NCBI GenBank assembly: GCA_965208105.1 | Contig: OZ242318.1 | Coordinates: 160,001 to 224,000, forward strand | Direction of reading: 5' to 3' | From: Candidatus Latescibacterota bacterium | GTDB lineage: Bacteria; Latescibacterota; UBA2968; UBA8231 | Length of the DNA: 64,000 nt | In this document: piece after piece, positions 9,852 through 21,725 of the stretch | Position numbering within the stretch: position 1 is the stretch's first letter | Layout of the letters: each line of letters opens with the position of its first letter | Translations under genes and position numbers: made by a program | Notes under the pieces: generated by a model | Database searches by the model: none | Told to the model about the DNA's origin: nothing | What the model saw: only the letters and a program-made list of their open reading frames with translations

Positions 9852-11186
9852 ATGGAGTCTCTCGAACAGAAACTGAAATCCTGGAAAAGCCCGGTGGAAA
9901 TGCTGCGCAACGCGCGGTCCGGGCCCTACGTCTTCCCCATTGCTCCCGAGTTCAGCAACTGGGCCGACGAGCAGGAGGCCTGGTTCAAGACCGCCGGCCT
10001 TTTCGATCTCTCCAGGCACATGACAGACGTCTACTGCGAAGGCCCGGGTCTCAGGCGGCTGCTCGAGCGGGTCGCGGTCAACAGCTTCCGATCCTTCGGT
10101 CCCAACAAGGCCAAGCAGATCGTCTGCTGCAACCCCGAAGGCTACGTGATAGGCGACGCCATCCTCTTCGGCCTCGCCGAGGACCGGGCGAACATCAGCG
10201 GGCGCCCTTCCGTGCCCAACTGGGTAGCCTACTGCGCCGAGACCGGCGGCTACGATGTCACCGTTGCCCGGGACGACAGGTCGGTGCAGAACGAAGGCGG
10301 GCGCAGGACCTACCGCTACCAGATTCAGGGACCCAGGGCGCAGGCGATCCTGGAAGCGGCCGCGGACGGACCGCTCCCCCCGATCAGGTTCTTCAACATC
10401 GGCAGGCTTTCAATCGCCGGCAGGTGGGTGAACGCCCTGGGCCACGGGATGGCCAGGACGGCGGGGCTGGAGCTGTGGGGACCGGCGGAGGATGGCGAGA
10501 TCGTGCGCTCAGCGCTGAAGCAGGCGGGTGAGGCGCACGGGCTCAGGGAGGTGGGGGCGCGGGCCTATTCCACCGTTTCGCCCGAGTCGGGATGGATCCC
10601 CTCGCCCATGCCGGCGATCTACGCCGATTCCATGAAGGCATACCGTGAGTGGCTGCCGGCGGACGGTTTCGAGGCCAACGCCTCCCTTGGAGGAAGCTTC
10701 TACTCCGACCGCATCGAAGACTACTACCAGACTCCGTGGGACCTGGGCTACGGCAGGCTCGTGAAGTTCGACCACGACTTCATCGGCCGCGGGGCCTTGG
10801 AGAAGAAAGCCGGGGGGCCGCACCGCAGGAAGGTCTGGCTGGTGTGGAACGACGAGGATGTGACCCGCATATTCGCCAGCATGCTGGGAAAAGGGGAGCG
10901 TTACAAGTACCTGGAAGCCCCTGGGTCGCAGTACTCCACCCTCCCGTTCGACAAGGTGATGCGGGACGGCGAGATGGTGGGGCTTTCCACCTACAGCTGC
11001 TATACCTCGAACGTGCAGGCGTGGTTCTCCCTCGCCATGATCGACGAGGGCCACGCGGTGGAAGGCAGTGAGGTCGCGGTGGTGTGGGGGGAGGAAGGAG
11101 GCGGTTCGGCGAAGCCGGGGGTGGAACGGCACCTGCAGACCGAAGTTCGCGCCGTCGTGCACACCTCCCGCCCGGTGGCGGGGTAA
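9852..11186 (+). CDS. GcvT-family aminomethyltransferase, LigM/DesA-like THF-dependent O-demethylase
   Basis: PEFSNWADEQ, YVIGDAILF, ESGWIPSPMPAIY and TPWDLGYG match the LigM/DesA pattern. Confidence 0.82.
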   Translation: MESLEQKLKSWKSPVEMLRNARSGPYVFPIAPEFSNWADEQEAWFKTAGLFDLSRHMTDVYCEGPGLRRLLERVAVNSFRSFGPNKAKQIVCCNPEGYVIGDAILFGLAEDRANISGRPSVPNWVAYCAETGGYDVTVARDDRSVQNEGGRRTYRYQIQGPRAQAILEAAADGPLPPIRFFNIGRLSIAGRWVNALGHGMARTAGLELWGPAEDGEIVRSALKQAGEAHGLREVGARAYSTVSPESGWIPSPMPAIYADSMKAYREWLPADGFEANASLGGSFYSDRIEDYYQTPWDLGYGRLVKFDHDFIGRGALEKKAGGPHRRKVWLVWNDEDVTRIFASMLGKGERYKYLEAPGSQYSTLPFDKVMRDGEMVGLSTYSCYTSNVQAWFSLAMIDEGHAVEGSEVAVVWGEEGGGSAKPGVERHLQTEVRAVVHTSRPVAG

Positions 11187-11324
11187 CAGGGTAGGGATGT
11201 TCCTGCCCGGAACTGGGTGGTTCACGGGCGGCACACTCCGGGAAAAGGGAAAGGGCCGGGGGAGAGGTCTCCAATCGTCACCTGAAGACCTGTCACCGGG
11301 TGGTTGGAGAGGACCCTGCCCTGG

Positions 11325-13697
11325 TCATCCCTCCAGCGGCCTGACCAGGTAGGTGGCCCCGGCTTCGGTGGCGAACTCCAGGATCCCGGGTTCGGGGCTG
11401 GCCGTCTCCACGGAGCCGCCCGCCGCCTCAACGGTGATCCCGGCGCCGCAGCGCAGGCGGCAGGGTTTGCCCGCTTCCGAGCGGATGCCGGCGGTCCTGA
11501 GCTTGCCATTCTCCCATTCCATGTCGACGACGAAGCCGCCGCGCGCCTTCAACCCTTCGACCCGTCCCGCCGGCCAGGCCGGAGGCAGGGCCGGCAGCAG
11601 GCGGATCGGTCCCTCGTGGCTCTGCAGCAGCATCTCCGCAATGCCGGCCGCCGCGCCGAAGTTGCCGTCGATCTGGAAGGGGGGATGGTCGTCGAAGAGG
11701 TTGGGATAGGTGCTCTGGCGCAGCAGCAGCTGCAGGTGCTCGTGCGCCTCGGCTCCATCCAGGAGGCGGGCGTACTGATTGATGATCCAGGCCCTGCTCC
11801 AACCGGTGTGTCCTCCGCCGTGGCGCAGGCGCCGCTCTATGGTCTTGCGGGCGGCTTCGAAGAGGTCCCCGCTTCCCGGAGTGATCTGGGCGAAGGGGTG
11901 CAGGGCCAGAAGGTGGGAGATGTGCCGGTGCCCGGGTTCGACCTCCTCGTAATCCCTGATCCATTCGCGCAAGGTGCCGGTGGCGCCGATCTTCAATGCC
12001 GGGACCCGCTGCAGGGCTTCCTCCAGACGGCGGCGGAACTCCTCGTCCACCTCGAGTATCGCCGCCGCCCGCCTGGTCACCTGGAACACCTCGCGGACTA
12101 TGGTGCTGTGGTAGGTGGACCCTTCGGTGATGCGCACCGGATCGCCGGACAGTGGATCGACATAGGCGTTTTCGGGCGAAGTGGAGGGCACGATCACCAG
12201 GGTGCCGTCCTCCTTCTCCACCATGTAGTCGAGCAGGAACTCGCACGCGCCGCGCAGGATCGGGTAGGCGCAGCGGCGCAGGAACTCCTCGTCTCCGGTG
12301 AACTCGTAGTGGCGCCAGAAGGCGACCATCATCCAGATCCCCGCCAGGGGATCGAGGGGGCCGTTGGCGAACTGCGAATCCCGGGTGGAGGCCGCCGGGG
12401 TGGTGCGGCCGAACAGGTCTACGGCGTGGAAGACCACCCAGCCCCTGGCATCGTATAGCCGCCGCGCCGAGAGCCGTCCTTTCTCCACCACGCGCTGGAG
12501 AAAGTCGGCGAGGGGATCGATGGTCTCCGAGAGGTTGCACAGGTCGGCGGGCCAGTAGTTCATCTGCAGGTTGATATTCAGGTGATAGTCCGACTCCCAC
12601 GGGGCCCACATTTCCTGGTTCCATATTCCCTGGAGGGTGGCCGGCAGCCGACCCGGGCGGCGGGAGCTGCCCATCAGCAGGTAGCGGCCGAACTGGAGAT
12701 GTAGGGCGCACAGACCCGGGTCGTCCCTGCCGTCCCGGACCGCCTGCAGGCGCTCGTCGGTGGGCAGCCTGTCCCCGTCGGAGGAGCCCAGGAAAATGGA
12801 TACCCGGTCGAAGTAGGAGCGGTGTTCGGCGGCGTGGTCGCCAAAAAGTTCGTCCCACGATTTCTGCGCCGCCTTGCCGAGGATGTCGTCGGCCATAGCA
12901 CCCGGCTCCACGGAGCGGTCGAAATCCATCTTTTCCAGGCTGAAGTCGGTGGCGGCGGTGAACAGCAGCAGCAGTTCGCCGGCATCGCGAACCACCAGGC
13001 AGTCCTCGTCCGCGGCCACCGTTCCGCCGGTGTTGCGCGCCTGCAGCCTCCCGGCGAACCTCATGTGCGCGCCGCCCGGACCCGAGTCCCCGGGATTGTC
13101 GTCGTATCCCCCCTGGGAAGAATGGATATCGACGATCTGACCGTCCATGTGCAGGCGGTCTCCACCGACCGCTGCGAAGGCCGCGTCCTTCTCGCGCTGC
13201 AGGCGGATTTTCGCGCCGAAGCCCGCGGGTGAGTCGGCGGAGAGCCTGACGGCGATCACGTCGTCCACCGCGGAGATGAACGCCTCGCGCAGGACGATGC
13301 CTGAAGAAGTCCGGTAGCGGACCCTGGCGATCCCCTCCTGCAGGTCCAGGTCGCGGCGGTACTCCTCCACCCCGGATGGGTGGTTCAGCTCGATTTGCAG
13401 GTCGGCCAGGGGCTGGTATGAGCGGAAGGCGGTGGGACTTGCGGTCAGGTGCTCCTCTCCGTAGTTGTGGGCATGGGCGATCTTCCCTTCCAATACCAGC
13501 CGTTGGACCGTTTTCAGGTGCCTGGCGAAGTCGGGCGGGTACACGTCCAGGGGCTCGCCGGCCCACAAGCTCTCTTCGTTGAGCTGGATTCGTTCGCGGG
13601 CAGTGCCGCCGAATACCATCGCGCCCAGGCGGCCGTTGCCCAGGGGCAGCGCTTCTTCCCATTTCCTCGCCGGTTGTCTGTACCATAATGTGGTCAC
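11325..13697 (-). CDS. Glycoside hydrolase family 95 (alpha-L-fucosidase)
   Basis: [40 protein letters not shown] and [10 protein letters not shown] motifs; likely GTG start at 13697. Confidence 0.92.
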   Translation of the reverse strand: MTTLWYRQPARKWEEALPLGNGRLGAMVFGGTARERIQLNEESLWAGEPLDVYPPDFARHLKTVQRLVLEGKIAHAHNYGEEHLTASPTAFRSYQPLADLQIELNHPSGVEEYRRDLDLQEGIARVRYRTSSGIVLREAFISAVDDVIAVRLSADSPAGFGAKIRLQREKDAAFAAVGGDRLHMDGQIVDIHSSQGGYDDNPGDSGPGGAHMRFAGRLQARNTGGTVAADEDCLVVRDAGELLLLFTAATDFSLEKMDFDRSVEPGAMADDILGKAAQKSWDELFGDHAAEHRSYFDRVSIFLGSSDGDRLPTDERLQAVRDGRDDPGLCALHLQFGRYLLMGSSRRPGRLPATLQGIWNQEMWAPWESDYHLNINLQMNYWPADLCNLSETIDPLADFLQRVVEKGRLSARRLYDARGWVVFHAVDLFGRTTPAASTRDSQFANGPLDPLAGIWMMVAFWRHYEFTGDEEFLRRCAYPILRGACEFLLDYMVEKEDGTLVIVPSTSPENAYVDPLSGDPVRITEGSTYHSTIVREVFQVTRRAAAILEVDEEFRRRLEEALQRVPALKIGATGTLREWIRDYEEVEPGHRHISHLLALHPFAQITPGSGDLFEAARKTIERRLRHGGGHTGWSRAWIINQYARLLDGAEAHEHLQLLLRQSTYPNLFDDHPPFQIDGNFGAAAGIAEMLLQSHEGPIRLLPALPPAWPAGRVEGLKARGGFVVDMEWENGKLRTAGIRSEAGKPCRLRCGAGITVEAAGGSVETASPEPGILEFATEAGATYLVRPLEG

Positions 13698-13909
13698 GGG
13701 CTTTCTCCCAGGTTGAAATGTGTGGACAGGATCTCCCGGTCCAGATTGCCTGGCACGGTCGGCAGTTGCAGAATTTAAACCTCGTCGCCCTCGCTGCCAG
13801 CCTCCCGGGGACCTTCGATCAGGTGAAATCCCCGGCATTTCCGTCGAGGCTGAAGGAGGCCGGAAAAGCCGCGAGGTTCAGCGCCGCAACGGCTGGAGTG
13901 GAGGCTTGA

Positions 13910-14926
13910 TCATTCCGCCATTCCCTCCAGTTGCAGTTCCTCCGCCCGGTGGCAGCGCACGAACTGCTCCGGGGCGACCTCCTGCAGCGGCGGCACCTCG
14001 GTGCGGCAGCGGTCTTCGGCATGGCGGCAGCGGGGGTGGAAGGGGCAGCCGGGGGGAGTCCGGCTGGGGTCTGCCACCTCGCCGGCGAGGGGGGCCTGGG
14101 CCGTGCGCCTGCGGGGGTCGGGCAGGGGCACCGCGCCGAGCAGGGCTTCGCTGTAGGGGTGGCGGGGACGATGAAACAGTCCCTCCACCGGCGCCAGCTC
14201 CACCAGGCGTCCCACGTACATCACCGCCACCCGGTCGGCGATGTGGCGCACCACGCTGAGGTCGTGGGCGATGAATAAATAGGTCAACCTCAGCTCCTGC
14301 TGCAGGTCCTGCAGCAGGTTGATGATCTGGGCCTGGACCGAGACGTCCAGGGCGGAGACCGGCTCGTCGGCCACGATCAGGCGCGGGTGCAGAGCCAGGG
14401 CCCGGGCGATTCCGAGGCGCTGGCGTTGACCTCCGCTGAAGGCGTGGGGATAGCGCCGCAGCTGCCGGGGATTGAGCCCCACCTGGTGCAGCAGCTGGCG
14501 CACCCGTTCCTCGCGGCGGCGGCGGCTGCGCATACCGTGAACGAGCAGCGGTTCGCCGATTATGTCGAAGGCGGTCATGCGCGGATTCAGCGAGGCGTAA
14601 GGATCCTGAAAGATCATCTGCATGTGGCGCCGCAGCTCCACCAGCTCGTCCTCGGGGGCGCTCGCCAGGTCCACGGTGCGGCCGTCGAGGTGGAACAGCA
14701 CCTCTCCGGCGCTTGGCCTGAGGGCGCGCAGGATGGCGCGGCCCAGGGTGGTTTTGCCCGAGCCGCTCTCGCCCACCAGGGCAAGGCATTCCCCGGCGTA
14801 GAGGTCGAAGCTGACGCCGTCGACGGCGCGCACCTGCCCCACGACCTTGTTGAAGAATCCCTTCGTGATGGGAAAGTACTTCTCGAGATCCCGCACTTCG
14901 AGGAGGATGGTCTTGTCAGCACTCAT
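13910..14926 (-). CDS. Opp/Dpp-type ABC transporter ATP-binding protein (OppF-like)
   Basis: [20 protein letters not shown] and the C-terminal GCPFHPRC motif. Confidence 0.93.
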   Translation of the reverse strand: MSADKTILLEVRDLEKYFPITKGFFNKVVGQVRAVDGVSFDLYAGECLALVGESGSGKTTLGRAILRALRPSAGEVLFHLDGRTVDLASAPEDELVELRRHMQMIFQDPYASLNPRMTAFDIIGEPLLVHGMRSRRRREERVRQLLHQVGLNPRQLRRYPHAFSGGQRQRLGIARALALHPRLIVADEPVSALDVSVQAQIINLLQDLQQELRLTYLFIAHDLSVVRHIADRVAVMYVGRLVELAPVEGLFHRPRHPYSEALLGAVPLPDPRRRTAQAPLAGEVADPSRTPPGCPFHPRCRHAEDRCRTEVPPLQEVAPEQFVRCHRAEELQLEGMAE

Positions 14927-15945
14927 TCCATTGCCTCCGGCCGGGAGCTCCCTGCCCCTTGGCGCACCAGGCAGGCGTTGTGGTGCAGCGGCCCGGACCG
15001 CAGCAGCTCCGGGCGAGCGCCGCGGTCGCAGCGACCGGGCACGACCTCGGCACAGCGCGGGTGGAAAGGACAGCCGTCCAGGCGTTCGAACGGGTCGGGC
15101 ACCGAACCTTCGATGACCTGGAGCCGGTTTCTGTGTCCCTTTCCCAGTCCGGGCAGCGACTGCAGCAGGGCGACCGTATAGGGGTGCTGGGGCGCCGAGA
15201 AAATCTCCTCGACCCCGCCGTACTCCACCACCCTGCCCATGTACATTACCGCAACCTCGTCGGCCATCTGGGCAACCACACCGAGGTCGTGGGTGATGAG
15301 CAGAATGGCCATGTCGAGCTCCTCCTGCAGCGAGCGCATCAACGTCAGGATCTGTGCCTGTATGGTCACGTCGAGAGCGGTGGTCGGCTCGTCGGCGATG
15401 AGCAGGGACGGCCGGCAGGAAAGGGCCATGGCGATCATGGCGCGCTGGCGCAGGCCTCCGCTCATCTGGTGCGGATAGTGGTCGAAACGGCGCGCCGCAT
15501 CGGGGATTCCCACGTGCTCCATCATGCGCACGGCGTGCTCGCGGGCGGCGCTCCGGCGCATGTCGGTGTGCAGCTCCACAGCCTCCTTTATCTGGCTGCC
15601 CACCGAATGGACCGGGCTGAGGCTGGTCATGGGCTCCTGGAAGATCATGGCGATGTCGCGGCCGCGGATGGCGCGGATCTCCTCGCCGTCTTCGTCCAGG
15701 TCGGTGAGCGCCACGTCGCCGTCGTCGCGGTGCAGGATGACGCGGCCGGCGATGATGCTCCCCGGAGGGGCGATCATTCCCAGCACCGACAAGGCCGTGA
15801 TGCTCTTGCCGCAGCCGCTCTCTCCCACCAGGCAGAGGGTCCTGCCCCGGCGGATCTCCAGGTCGACGCCGTCCACCGCCCGCACCGTGCCCTCGTCCAG
15901 CAGGAAGTGGGTCTCGAGACCGAGGATGGAGACTATGGATTCCAC
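14923..15945 (-). CDS. Opp/Dpp-type ABC transporter ATP-binding protein (OppD-like)
   Basis: [31 protein letters not shown]. Confidence 0.93.
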   Translation of the reverse strand: MESIVSILGLETHFLLDEGTVRAVDGVDLEIRRGRTLCLVGESGCGKSITALSVLGMIAPPGSIIAGRVILHRDDGDVALTDLDEDGEEIRAIRGRDIAMIFQEPMTSLSPVHSVGSQIKEAVELHTDMRRSAAREHAVRMMEHVGIPDAARRFDHYPHQMSGGLRQRAMIAMALSCRPSLLIADEPTTALDVTIQAQILTLMRSLQEELDMAILLITHDLGVVAQMADEVAVMYMGRVVEYGGVEEIFSAPQHPYTVALLQSLPGLGKGHRNRLQVIEGSVPDPFERLDGCPFHPRCAEVVPGRCDRGARPELLRSGPLHHNACLVRQGAGSSRPEAME

Positions 15946-15949
15946 CAGC

Positions 15950-17095
15950 TCACCTCGAATAGGGATCGGCGGCGTCGCGCATGCCGTCGCCGACGAAGTT
16001 GAACGCCAGCACCGCGACGATGACGAAGAAGGCCGGGGTCAGCAGCCAGGGCTGCAGGGCAACCGCCTGCACGTTCTGCGCCTCCTTGAGAAGGACGCCC
16101 CAGCTGGTGATGGGAGGGCGCAGGCCCAGGCCCAGAAAGCTCAGCGAGGTCTCGCCCAGGATCATGTTGGGCAGGGTCAGGGTGAGGCTGACGATGATGT
16201 GGCTGGTGAAGCCGGGCAGCAGGTGGCGCGCCATCACCCGTCCCTTGCTGGCCCCTGCCAGGAGGGCGGCGGTGGCGTAGTCCTCCTCGCGCAGGGAAAG
16301 GATCTTGCCGCGCACGACCCGGGCCAGTCCGGTCCAGCCGAGGAACGAGAGCACGATGGTGATGCCGAAGTAGATCTGCAGAGGCGACCAGTGGGCGGGC
16401 AGCGCCGCCGAAAGCGCCATCCACAGGGGGATGGAGGGGAACGAGCGCAGAATCTCGATGAAGCGCTGGATCAGGTTGTCGATCCATCCGCCGTAGTAGC
16501 CCGATACGGTCCCGATCAGGAGGCCGAAGAACAGGCTCAGGGCGACTCCCACCAGCCCCACGGTGAGCGAGATCCGCGCTCCGTAGAGGATGCGGCTGAG
16601 CAGGTCCCGTCCCAGGGAGTCGGTGCCCAGCAGAAACAGGGTCGCCCCCTGGTCCACCCCGATGAGGTGCAGGTTGGTCTCGAACAGACCCCAGAAGCGG
16701 TAGGTCTGACCGCGGGCGAACAGCCTGAGTGGGTAGGGACGGCTGCGGTCCTCCAGGTAGACGCGGCGCAGGGTTTCCGGGTGCCGGGTGCCCTTGAGGG
16801 CGTAGACGAAGGGCCACGGGCGCAGGCCGCCGTCGTGGACCAGGTGCAGGCGCTGGGGCGGAGCATAGAGGTAGTCGATGTTTTGCGACTCGAGGGAGTA
16901 GGGGGCGATGAACTCGCAGAGGAGAGCTGCCGCGTAGAGAGCAAGAATTACCAGGGAGGACCATACCGCCAGGCGGTGCTTGCGGAACTTGAGCGCCATC
17001 AGCTGCCACTGGGAAGCGGTGTAAAGGTCGGCCTCCCCGGTCGGGGTCGCTTCGGGCTTCGCGGTCATCTCTTCAGCTGCCGGGTTGGACTGCAT
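15950..17095 (-). CDS. ABC transporter permease (OppC-like)
   Basis: LGTDSLGRD, EAA-type loop and GDGMRDAADP; ATG at 17095 overlaps the upstream stop. Confidence 0.92.
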   Translation of the reverse strand: MQSNPAAEEMTAKPEATPTGEADLYTASQWQLMALKFRKHRLAVWSSLVILALYAAALLCEFIAPYSLESQNIDYLYAPPQRLHLVHDGGLRPWPFVYALKGTRHPETLRRVYLEDRSRPYPLRLFARGQTYRFWGLFETNLHLIGVDQGATLFLLGTDSLGRDLLSRILYGARISLTVGLVGVALSLFFGLLIGTVSGYYGGWIDNLIQRFIEILRSFPSIPLWMALSAALPAHWSPLQIYFGITIVLSFLGWTGLARVVRGKILSLREEDYATAALLAGASKGRVMARHLLPGFTSHIIVSLTLTLPNMILGETSLSFLGLGLRPPITSWGVLLKEAQNVQAVALQPWLLTPAFFVIVAVLAFNFVGDGMRDAADPYSR

Positions 17096-18183
17096 CAGCG
17101 GCTCTCCCTGCCTTCGTAGCGGATGCGGGGGTCGAGCCACAGGAGCAGGAGGTCGGAGACGAGGGTGCCGATCACGGTGAGGAAGCTGAGGATCATTACC
17201 ATGGACCCGGCCAGGTACATGTCCTGGTTCTGCAGGGAGCGCAAAAGCAGGGGGCCCGTGGTCGGCAGACCGAGGACCACGGAGGTGATCACCTCGCCGG
17301 ATACGATGGTGGGCAGGACCCAGCCCACGGTGCTGACCAGGGGGTTGAGGGCGACTCTCACCGGGTATTTGACCAATAGCTTCCAGGGCCCCACACCTTT
17401 GGCGCGGGCGGTCATCACGTACTGCTTGGGAAGCTCGTCGAGCAGATTGCCGCGCATGACGCGGATGAGGCCGGCGGTGCCGGCGGTGCCGATGACGATC
17501 ACCGGGATCCACAGGTGGGCCAGAAGGTCGGCGAATTTGCCCAGCGACCATCCGGCGTTCTGGTACTCGGGGGAGAACAGTCCTCCGGCGCTGACGTCGA
17601 AGACCGAGTAGCCGATGTACATGAAGATCAGGGCGAGGAGGAAGTTGGGAGTCGCCAGGCCGATGAAGCCCAGAACGGAAAAGCAGTAGTCTCCCAGGGA
17701 ATACTGGCGCACCGCCGAATATATGCCGATGGGGATGGCCACCGCCCAGGTCAGCAGCAAGGTGGCCAGGGAGATGGTCATGGTCAGCAGCAGGCGTTCG
17801 CCCACCAGGTCGGTGACTTTGCGGTTCCACTCGAAGGACATGCCCAGGTCCGGCACCTTGAACCCAGGCCAGTTGAAGCTGGGACCGCCCCCGGCGCCGG
17901 TGGTCCACAGGTAGGAGCCATCGTCTCCGCGCTCGAAGCCGAAGGGCAGCATGTTGTTGAGCCATTTCAGGTATTGCAGCAGGAAAGGCTCGTCCAGGTT
18001 GTAGCGCTTGCGCAGCGCGGCGACCTGCTCGGCGTTGACCTCGTCGCCCTGTTCCTCCAGGGCCGCAACATAGGAGGTCAGGTAATCCCCGGGAGGCAGC
18101 TGGATGATGGCGAAGGAGACGAAGGAGATGGCGAGTAGGGTGGGCGCCATCCACAAAATGCGTTTGAGGATCAGGTCGAACAT
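17095..18183 (-). CDS. ABC transporter permease (OppB-like)
   Basis: IQLPPGD, DLGMSF, YVMTARAKG and DPRIR motifs; multiple TM segments. Confidence 0.92.
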   Translation of the reverse strand: MFDLILKRILWMAPTLLAISFVSFAIIQLPPGDYLTSYVAALEEQGDEVNAEQVAALRKRYNLDEPFLLQYLKWLNNMLPFGFERGDDGSYLWTTGAGGGPSFNWPGFKVPDLGMSFEWNRKVTDLVGERLLLTMTISLATLLLTWAVAIPIGIYSAVRQYSLGDYCFSVLGFIGLATPNFLLALIFMYIGYSVFDVSAGGLFSPEYQNAGWSLGKFADLLAHLWIPVIVIGTAGTAGLIRVMRGNLLDELPKQYVMTARAKGVGPWKLLVKYPVRVALNPLVSTVGWVLPTIVSGEVITSVVLGLPTTGPLLLRSLQNQDMYLAGSMVMILSFLTVIGTLVSDLLLLWLDPRIRYEGRESR

Positions 18184-18186
18184 CGA

Positions 18187-20217
18187 TCAGTTCTCCTCAA
18201 TGGCGTAGGCCTCGGGGGCGGTGGCGCCAGGCGTGCGCAGGGTCCAGGTGGCCACCGCGACCTCGGGCACGTTCCGGAAGGAGTCGTTGACGATGAAGAT
18301 CCTGGGAATATCGCCGACGATGCCGGTGAACCAGAGGTCCTGCCGGGCGAGTTCGAGGATCTCCCTGAATATGCGGATCTGCTCGGCCTGGTCGTCGGTC
18401 CGCTGGAGCTGCTCGAACAACTCCAGGCTGCGCATCATCACGGCAGGGGGTTTTTCGCCGCGCGCGCCGCGGGTGCGCACCCATTTTGCAAACTCGGGAA
18501 AAAACGATCCGTTGCGGGCAGGCACGTACCAGCCGTTCTCGATCAGGGGGAGCATGGCGCCGCCCACCACCCAGTTCACCACGTCGCTGAGCAGGGCTTC
18601 GCGGCGGCGCACGTAGAGCTGGCGGGCAAGTGGCTTGACCTTGGTTTTCACCCCCACCGCGGTCCAGTTGGCGGCCACCATGTGAAGCACGTTGGTATTG
18701 CCGGCCATGGCGGAAGAGGTCTCCAGCTGCAGGACCAGGGGCTTTCCATCGGGCCGCAGGCGGATGCCATCCTCGTCGCGGGCCTGCAGGCCCATCTCGT
18801 CCAGCAGGCGATTGGCGCTCTGCGGATCGAATTCGAGGTGGGCGCGGGTGTTCTCCGGTTCGTAGAACGGCGACAGAGGTGAGGGGGCGATCTGCCGCGG
18901 TTTCCCCACGCCCAGGTAGACGATCTCGTTGATGGCGTCGCGGTCGATGGCCCGGGACATGGCGAAGCGGAAGCGGCGGTCGAGGAAGATCTTCCGGGTT
19001 ACCGGGTCCTTGTGGTGCAGGTTGAAGGCGAACCCCACCATGTCGTCGCCGTCATCGATCCAATGGAGGACCCGGTAGCCCCCCTTTCCGGCATTGGACA
19101 TGAAGAGCGGGTAGTTCTGGAAGCTGATGTGGCGGCCCTGCATGCCCACCTCGCCGTTGATCGCCTTGAGGTTGATGGTCTCGACGTCGTATATCTCGAA
19201 GCTGACGTGGTCGATGTAGGGCAGCTGCCGGCCCTGGGGGTCGACCTTCCAGTAGTAGGGATTGCGGGTGAAGACCGCCGGTCGCGCCGGCGGCGGCTGT
19301 TCCATGACCCATGCCCACAACCGGGGAGTGTCGACATTGCGATAGTCGAACTTGTCCTCGAAGACCTGGTACCAGAAGTCCTTGTTCTCCCGCCTGGCGA
19401 TCTCCCGCAGTCTATCCGCCGGCACGTAGCGGGGGTGGAACCGCTTGAGATAATGGGCGGGATGCATCACGGAAACACGAGTTTCTCCGTGGTCGGAGGC
19501 TACCATCTTGAGGAACAGGTTGTGCGGCTCCCGGAAGCTGACGCGCACGGTGTAGTCGTCCAGCTTCTCGAGCTGCATCACCTCGCCGCCCCGTTTGAGT
19601 TCCTGGTCGATGACCGGGGTCAGATCGGGGTTAAGCAGCACGTCCTCGTACCAGAAGACGATGTCGTCGGCGCTGAAGGGGTGGCCGTCGGACCAGCGCA
19701 CTCCCCGGCGCAGGTGGAAGGTGAAGGTCCGGCCCCCATCCTCGATCGTCCAGCTTCTGGCCAGGTTGGGGCGGATCCCCCGGGCCATGGGATCCCAGCG
19801 CACCAGCGACTCGTAGCACAGGCGGGCGCCGAAAATCCCCACATCTCCCGGACCGGTACCGAAGCGGGTCCAGGTGCCGCCGTAGGGGCCGAGCTGCTCG
19901 CTGGGCAGGATGACGAGCGGGTCCCGGGGCAGCCGCTCTTCCACGGAGGGAAGGGTTCCCGCCGCCACCATGGGATCCCAGTAGGGCGCCTGGGTGAAAG
20001 CCCGGCCATTTTCAGCCGGCCACTCGGCCACCTCGTTGAGCGCCTGGGGAGCCTTGGGGTGGCGCTGGGGCGCCTGGAGGGCCTCGAGCTCGGACAGGTC
20101 GAGGCGGCCGGCGCCGGACAGGGCGAAGGTCGAGTAGCCGAGCAGCTCCACGGCGAGGGCAAGGGCCAGGAATACGGCTGCGATGCTCAATGCTGATTTC
20201 AATCCGGGTCCTGGCAT
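18187..20217 (-). CDS. ABC transporter substrate-binding protein, family 5
   Basis: LPSVEERLP, YGGTW, LRRGVRWSDGHPFSADD and RNPYYWKVD motifs; N-terminal hydrophobic anchor. Start approximate. Confidence 0.88.
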   Translation of the reverse strand: MPGPGLKSALSIAAVFLALALAVELLGYSTFALSGAGRLDLSELEALQAPQRHPKAPQALNEVAEWPAENGRAFTQAPYWDPMVAAGTLPSVEERLPRDPLVILPSEQLGPYGGTWTRFGTGPGDVGIFGARLCYESLVRWDPMARGIRPNLARSWTIEDGGRTFTFHLRRGVRWSDGHPFSADDIVFWYEDVLLNPDLTPVIDQELKRGGEVMQLEKLDDYTVRVSFREPHNLFLKMVASDHGETRVSVMHPAHYLKRFHPRYVPADRLREIARRENKDFWYQVFEDKFDYRNVDTPRLWAWVMEQPPPARPAVFTRNPYYWKVDPQGRQLPYIDHVSFEIYDVETINLKAINGEVGMQGRHISFQNYPLFMSNAGKGGYRVLHWIDDGDDMVGFAFNLHHKDPVTRKIFLDRRFRFAMSRAIDRDAINEIVYLGVGKPRQIAPSPLSPFYEPENTRAHLEFDPQSANRLLDEMGLQARDEDGIRLRPDGKPLVLQLETSSAMAGNTNVLHMVAANWTAVGVKTKVKPLARQLYVRRREALLSDVVNWVVGGAMLPLIENGWYVPARNGSFFPEFAKWVRTRGARGEKPPAVMMRSLELFEQLQRTDDQAEQIRIFREILELARQDLWFTGIVGDIPRIFIVNDSFRNVPEVAVATWTLRTPGATAPEAYAIEEN

Positions 20218-20474
20218 CAGGTGGGTAAAAGCACGTTTTTCCTTTATTGTTCTGGCGGGATAATGGGCCGGGATGCACTTTGATGGGAGCAAAACCGCGC
20301 ATCGCCGGACAAATGGTTGGAGCGCTCCGCCAGACCCCGGCCGGCGTGGTGTTCCACGGCCGTAAGGCGGTCAATTTGCAAATAATCAATTCCCTGTCAA
20401 CCACCCACAGGTGGACAACGCTCACCAGGTCTGCCGGTACGGGGTTGCCTTGCCGGCGCTAAGGAGGTGGAAGT

Positions 20475-21725
20475 ATGAACCGACTGTGGTCCTATGGATC
20501 CGGCAACCCGGGAAGCCGGGATGGCAGGTTGTTCGGTCCCCACATGGCCGAGGAGAATCCCTTCGACCCCGACGAAATCGTCGTCGCCGAGCAGTGGGCT
20601 TCTGACGTTGTGCTGATCAACCGCGAGACCGGAAAATTACGGGTGGTTTTCGGGGAGCGCGGCGTTCCCGGAGGGGGAAAGCGACTGAACCTGGCGCACT
20701 CGGCACACTTCATGCCTTCCGGACCCTACGCCGGGCACATTTTGCTTACCGAGTTCCGCGGTGAACACCGGGTAATGATAGTCGAGCGCGACAAGGGTGC
20801 CGTTCTCTGGTGCTACACCGGGTGCCGTCGTCCTCTCGAGGCGATCCACTGGGACGATGATCACATCATGGTTTCCGACGGTGATGAAATCGTGAAGATC
20901 CGCCTCCGGGACCAGCAGGTGGTCTGGAATTTCCCCGCATGGCGCGCTTTCTACCTGCAGAAACTCCCGCCGCAGCCGTACGGTGCATCCTATGGGGGCG
21001 ATCTTCTGGTCCCCTTTTTCTCGTCGGACCCCAGCGGAGTCTGGGAGATCGACACCAGCACGGGAGAAAAGGTGTGGTCGTACGGGGAGAGGAAGGGACC
21101 GGGACACGGAGACCTCTACGACATGGTTTCCCGGGCGGCCTGTGCCCTGCGCTTCGGTATCCACGAGAAGTTCGGTGGCTACACCATCATCTGCAGCGAA
21201 CGCTCGCGAATTCTCTGTGTGAACCGGGACAAGGAGCTGGTTTGGGAGTTGGGGGGAGGCAGTGGGGACCATCTCGCCCCTGGGACGCCCTACGCCCTGC
21301 TGCCAACCTACATTGCGCCGACCACGAGAGGCACGCTCCTGGTCACCGACTGGGGCTTGAACATGATCTACGAGCTCGATCCGTTCCATATTCCACCGCG
21401 CTCGGTGAAGGACGCCTACCTCTGCAGGGAGGAGGAAATCGGGGATGATTTCACCGACAGCGGTACCATCGAGTCGCGGGGTTACGGCCATGTGACCGTC
21501 CAGGTCTTCAATCGACACCGAAACACGGGGTTGAACTGGCAGGTACTGGGCTCCCACAATGCAAGAGACTGGCAAGTCGTCCACTCTCCTCCAGAGAGGC
21601 TTGGCGGCGGGGAGTCGACCTGGACCACCATTTCCGAGCCGTGGAACTTCATCAAGACCCGGGCCGGGTCCGCAGTTCGGGGTGAGTCCGCGGTAGTAGA
21701 AGTATACGCCACCATGCGCCGCTAG
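20475..21725 (+). CDS. Hypothetical beta-propeller (PQQ/arylsulfotransferase-like repeats) protein
   Basis: Repeated units such as GAVLWCY, QQVVWNF, GEKVWSY and KELVWEL; AAGGAGG RBS upstream. Confidence 0.6.
   Translation: MNRLWSYGSGNPGSRDGRLFGPHMAEENPFDPDEIVVAEQWASDVVLINRETGKLRVVFGERGVPGGGKRLNLAHSAHFMPSGPYAGHILLTEFRGEHRVMIVERDKGAVLWCYTGCRRPLEAIHWDDDHIMVSDGDEIVKIRLRDQQVVWNFPAWRAFYLQKLPPQPYGASYGGDLLVPFFSSDPSGVWEIDTSTGEKVWSYGERKGPGHGDLYDMVSRAACALRFGIHEKFGGYTIICSERSRILCVNRDKELVWELGGGSGDHLAPGTPYALLPTYIAPTTRGTLLVTDWGLNMIYELDPFHIPPRSVKDAYLCREEEIGDDFTDSGTIESRGYGHVTVQVFNRHRNTGLNWQVLGSHNARDWQVVHSPPERLGGGESTWTTISEPWNFIKTRAGSAVRGESAVVEVYATMRR

Noticed and set aside
11428-13686. Many long alternative-frame or antisense ORFs (e.g. 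11428-13686, 23434-24999, 30357-31958, 37839-39824)
   Set aside because: They overlap well-supported genes, lack motifs and are often Arg/Pro/Gly-rich, as expected from high-GC codon bias.
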